Of a DNA stretch of 64,000 bases, positions 63,747-64,000 are shown one piece after another. Position numbers and translations under genes: made by a program. Below the pieces are notes generated by a model. The model did no database searches, was not told the origin of the DNA, and saw only the letters and a list, made by a program, of their open reading frames with translations. The DNA is taken from the IMG/VR virus record IMGVR_UViG_3300045972_000138, positions 124,001-188,000 of that record, one strand, 5' to 3'. Position 1 is the first letter of the stretch. Every line of letters begins with the position of its first letter.

Positions 63747-63928
63747 ACGAGATGATAAACACAGCAATGAAAGTTATGAAGATGGCCGATTTGGAGAAAG
63801 AAGAAAAACTTGCTCCGTTTGAAAAGGAAGAGCTGGCACGGTTGCGGCAAAAGCTAATGGGTACTGTACTCGAAGCCCCATTGCGTGTTTCTGATCCATT
63901 TGGGCTACTTAATGAGGACACAGAATGA
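63743..63928 (+). CDS. Hypothetical protein
   Basis: ATGA-coupled. Confidence 0.5.
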   Translation: MNEMINTAMKVMKMADLEKEEKLAPFEKEELARLRQKLMGTVLEAPLRVSDPFGLLNEDTE

Positions 63929-64000
63929 CACTACACGAACGTTGGCTGGCATTCTGCAAGAAGTATCTCGACAAGTGGATGCTTGCATTCCAACGCTCGC

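Noticed and set aside
1-64000. Stop-codon reassignment or alternative genetic code, as in some large phages
   Set aside because: Known genes (polB, ligase, rtcB, galE) are full length in the standard code, and TAA, TGA and TAG all end genes at expected positions.
1-64000. Prophage or host chromosome origin suggested by isc, galE and pbpG-like genes
   Set aside because: These genes are embedded among phage small ORFs and late promoters; there is no integrase, att site or run of housekeeping genes.

Overview
This window is a 64-kb internal segment of a large lytic dsDNA tailed bacteriophage (T4-superfamily-like organisation). There is no integrase, CRISPR array or rRNA. The host is probably a betaproteobacterium; this is inferred from the IscU/IscA/ErpA sequences and a phasin-like gene. 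Almost all genes lie on the + strand and are driven by two promoter classes. Sigma70-type TTGAC(A/T)-N16/17-TATAAT/TACACT promoters serve early genes, and a T4-late-like ATAAATA motif serves late genes, many of which appear leaderless. Protein content: family-B DNA polymerase (probable AUU start), clamp, RNase H, ATP-dependent ligase, a 7-deazaguanine DNA-modification cluster (TGT/DpdA-like, QueD/DpdL-like, QueE) interleaved with a glycosyltransferase and GalE, three Fe-S assembly genes, a MoxR-ATPase ... vWA pair bracketing a membrane/PspA/SPFH/SBP-LysM/RtcB block, counter-defence enzymes (phosphatase, macrodomain, HD alarmone hydrolase), envelope enzymes (PBP7-like, SleB-like, GH12 lipoprotein, u-spanin-like) and four free-standing endonucleases. 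The most unusual material is non-coding. First, a ~2.2-kb tRNA-associated array (54.8-56.95 kb) in which long ACCATAT...ATATGGT hairpins alternate with closed structured RNA units, including a tRNA-Arg(UCU) split by a ~112-nt D-loop insertion. Second, a complete hammerhead ribozyme that begins exactly where a late promoter should initiate (60462-60541). All calls come from manual motif and base-pair reading; no database search or folding program was run.
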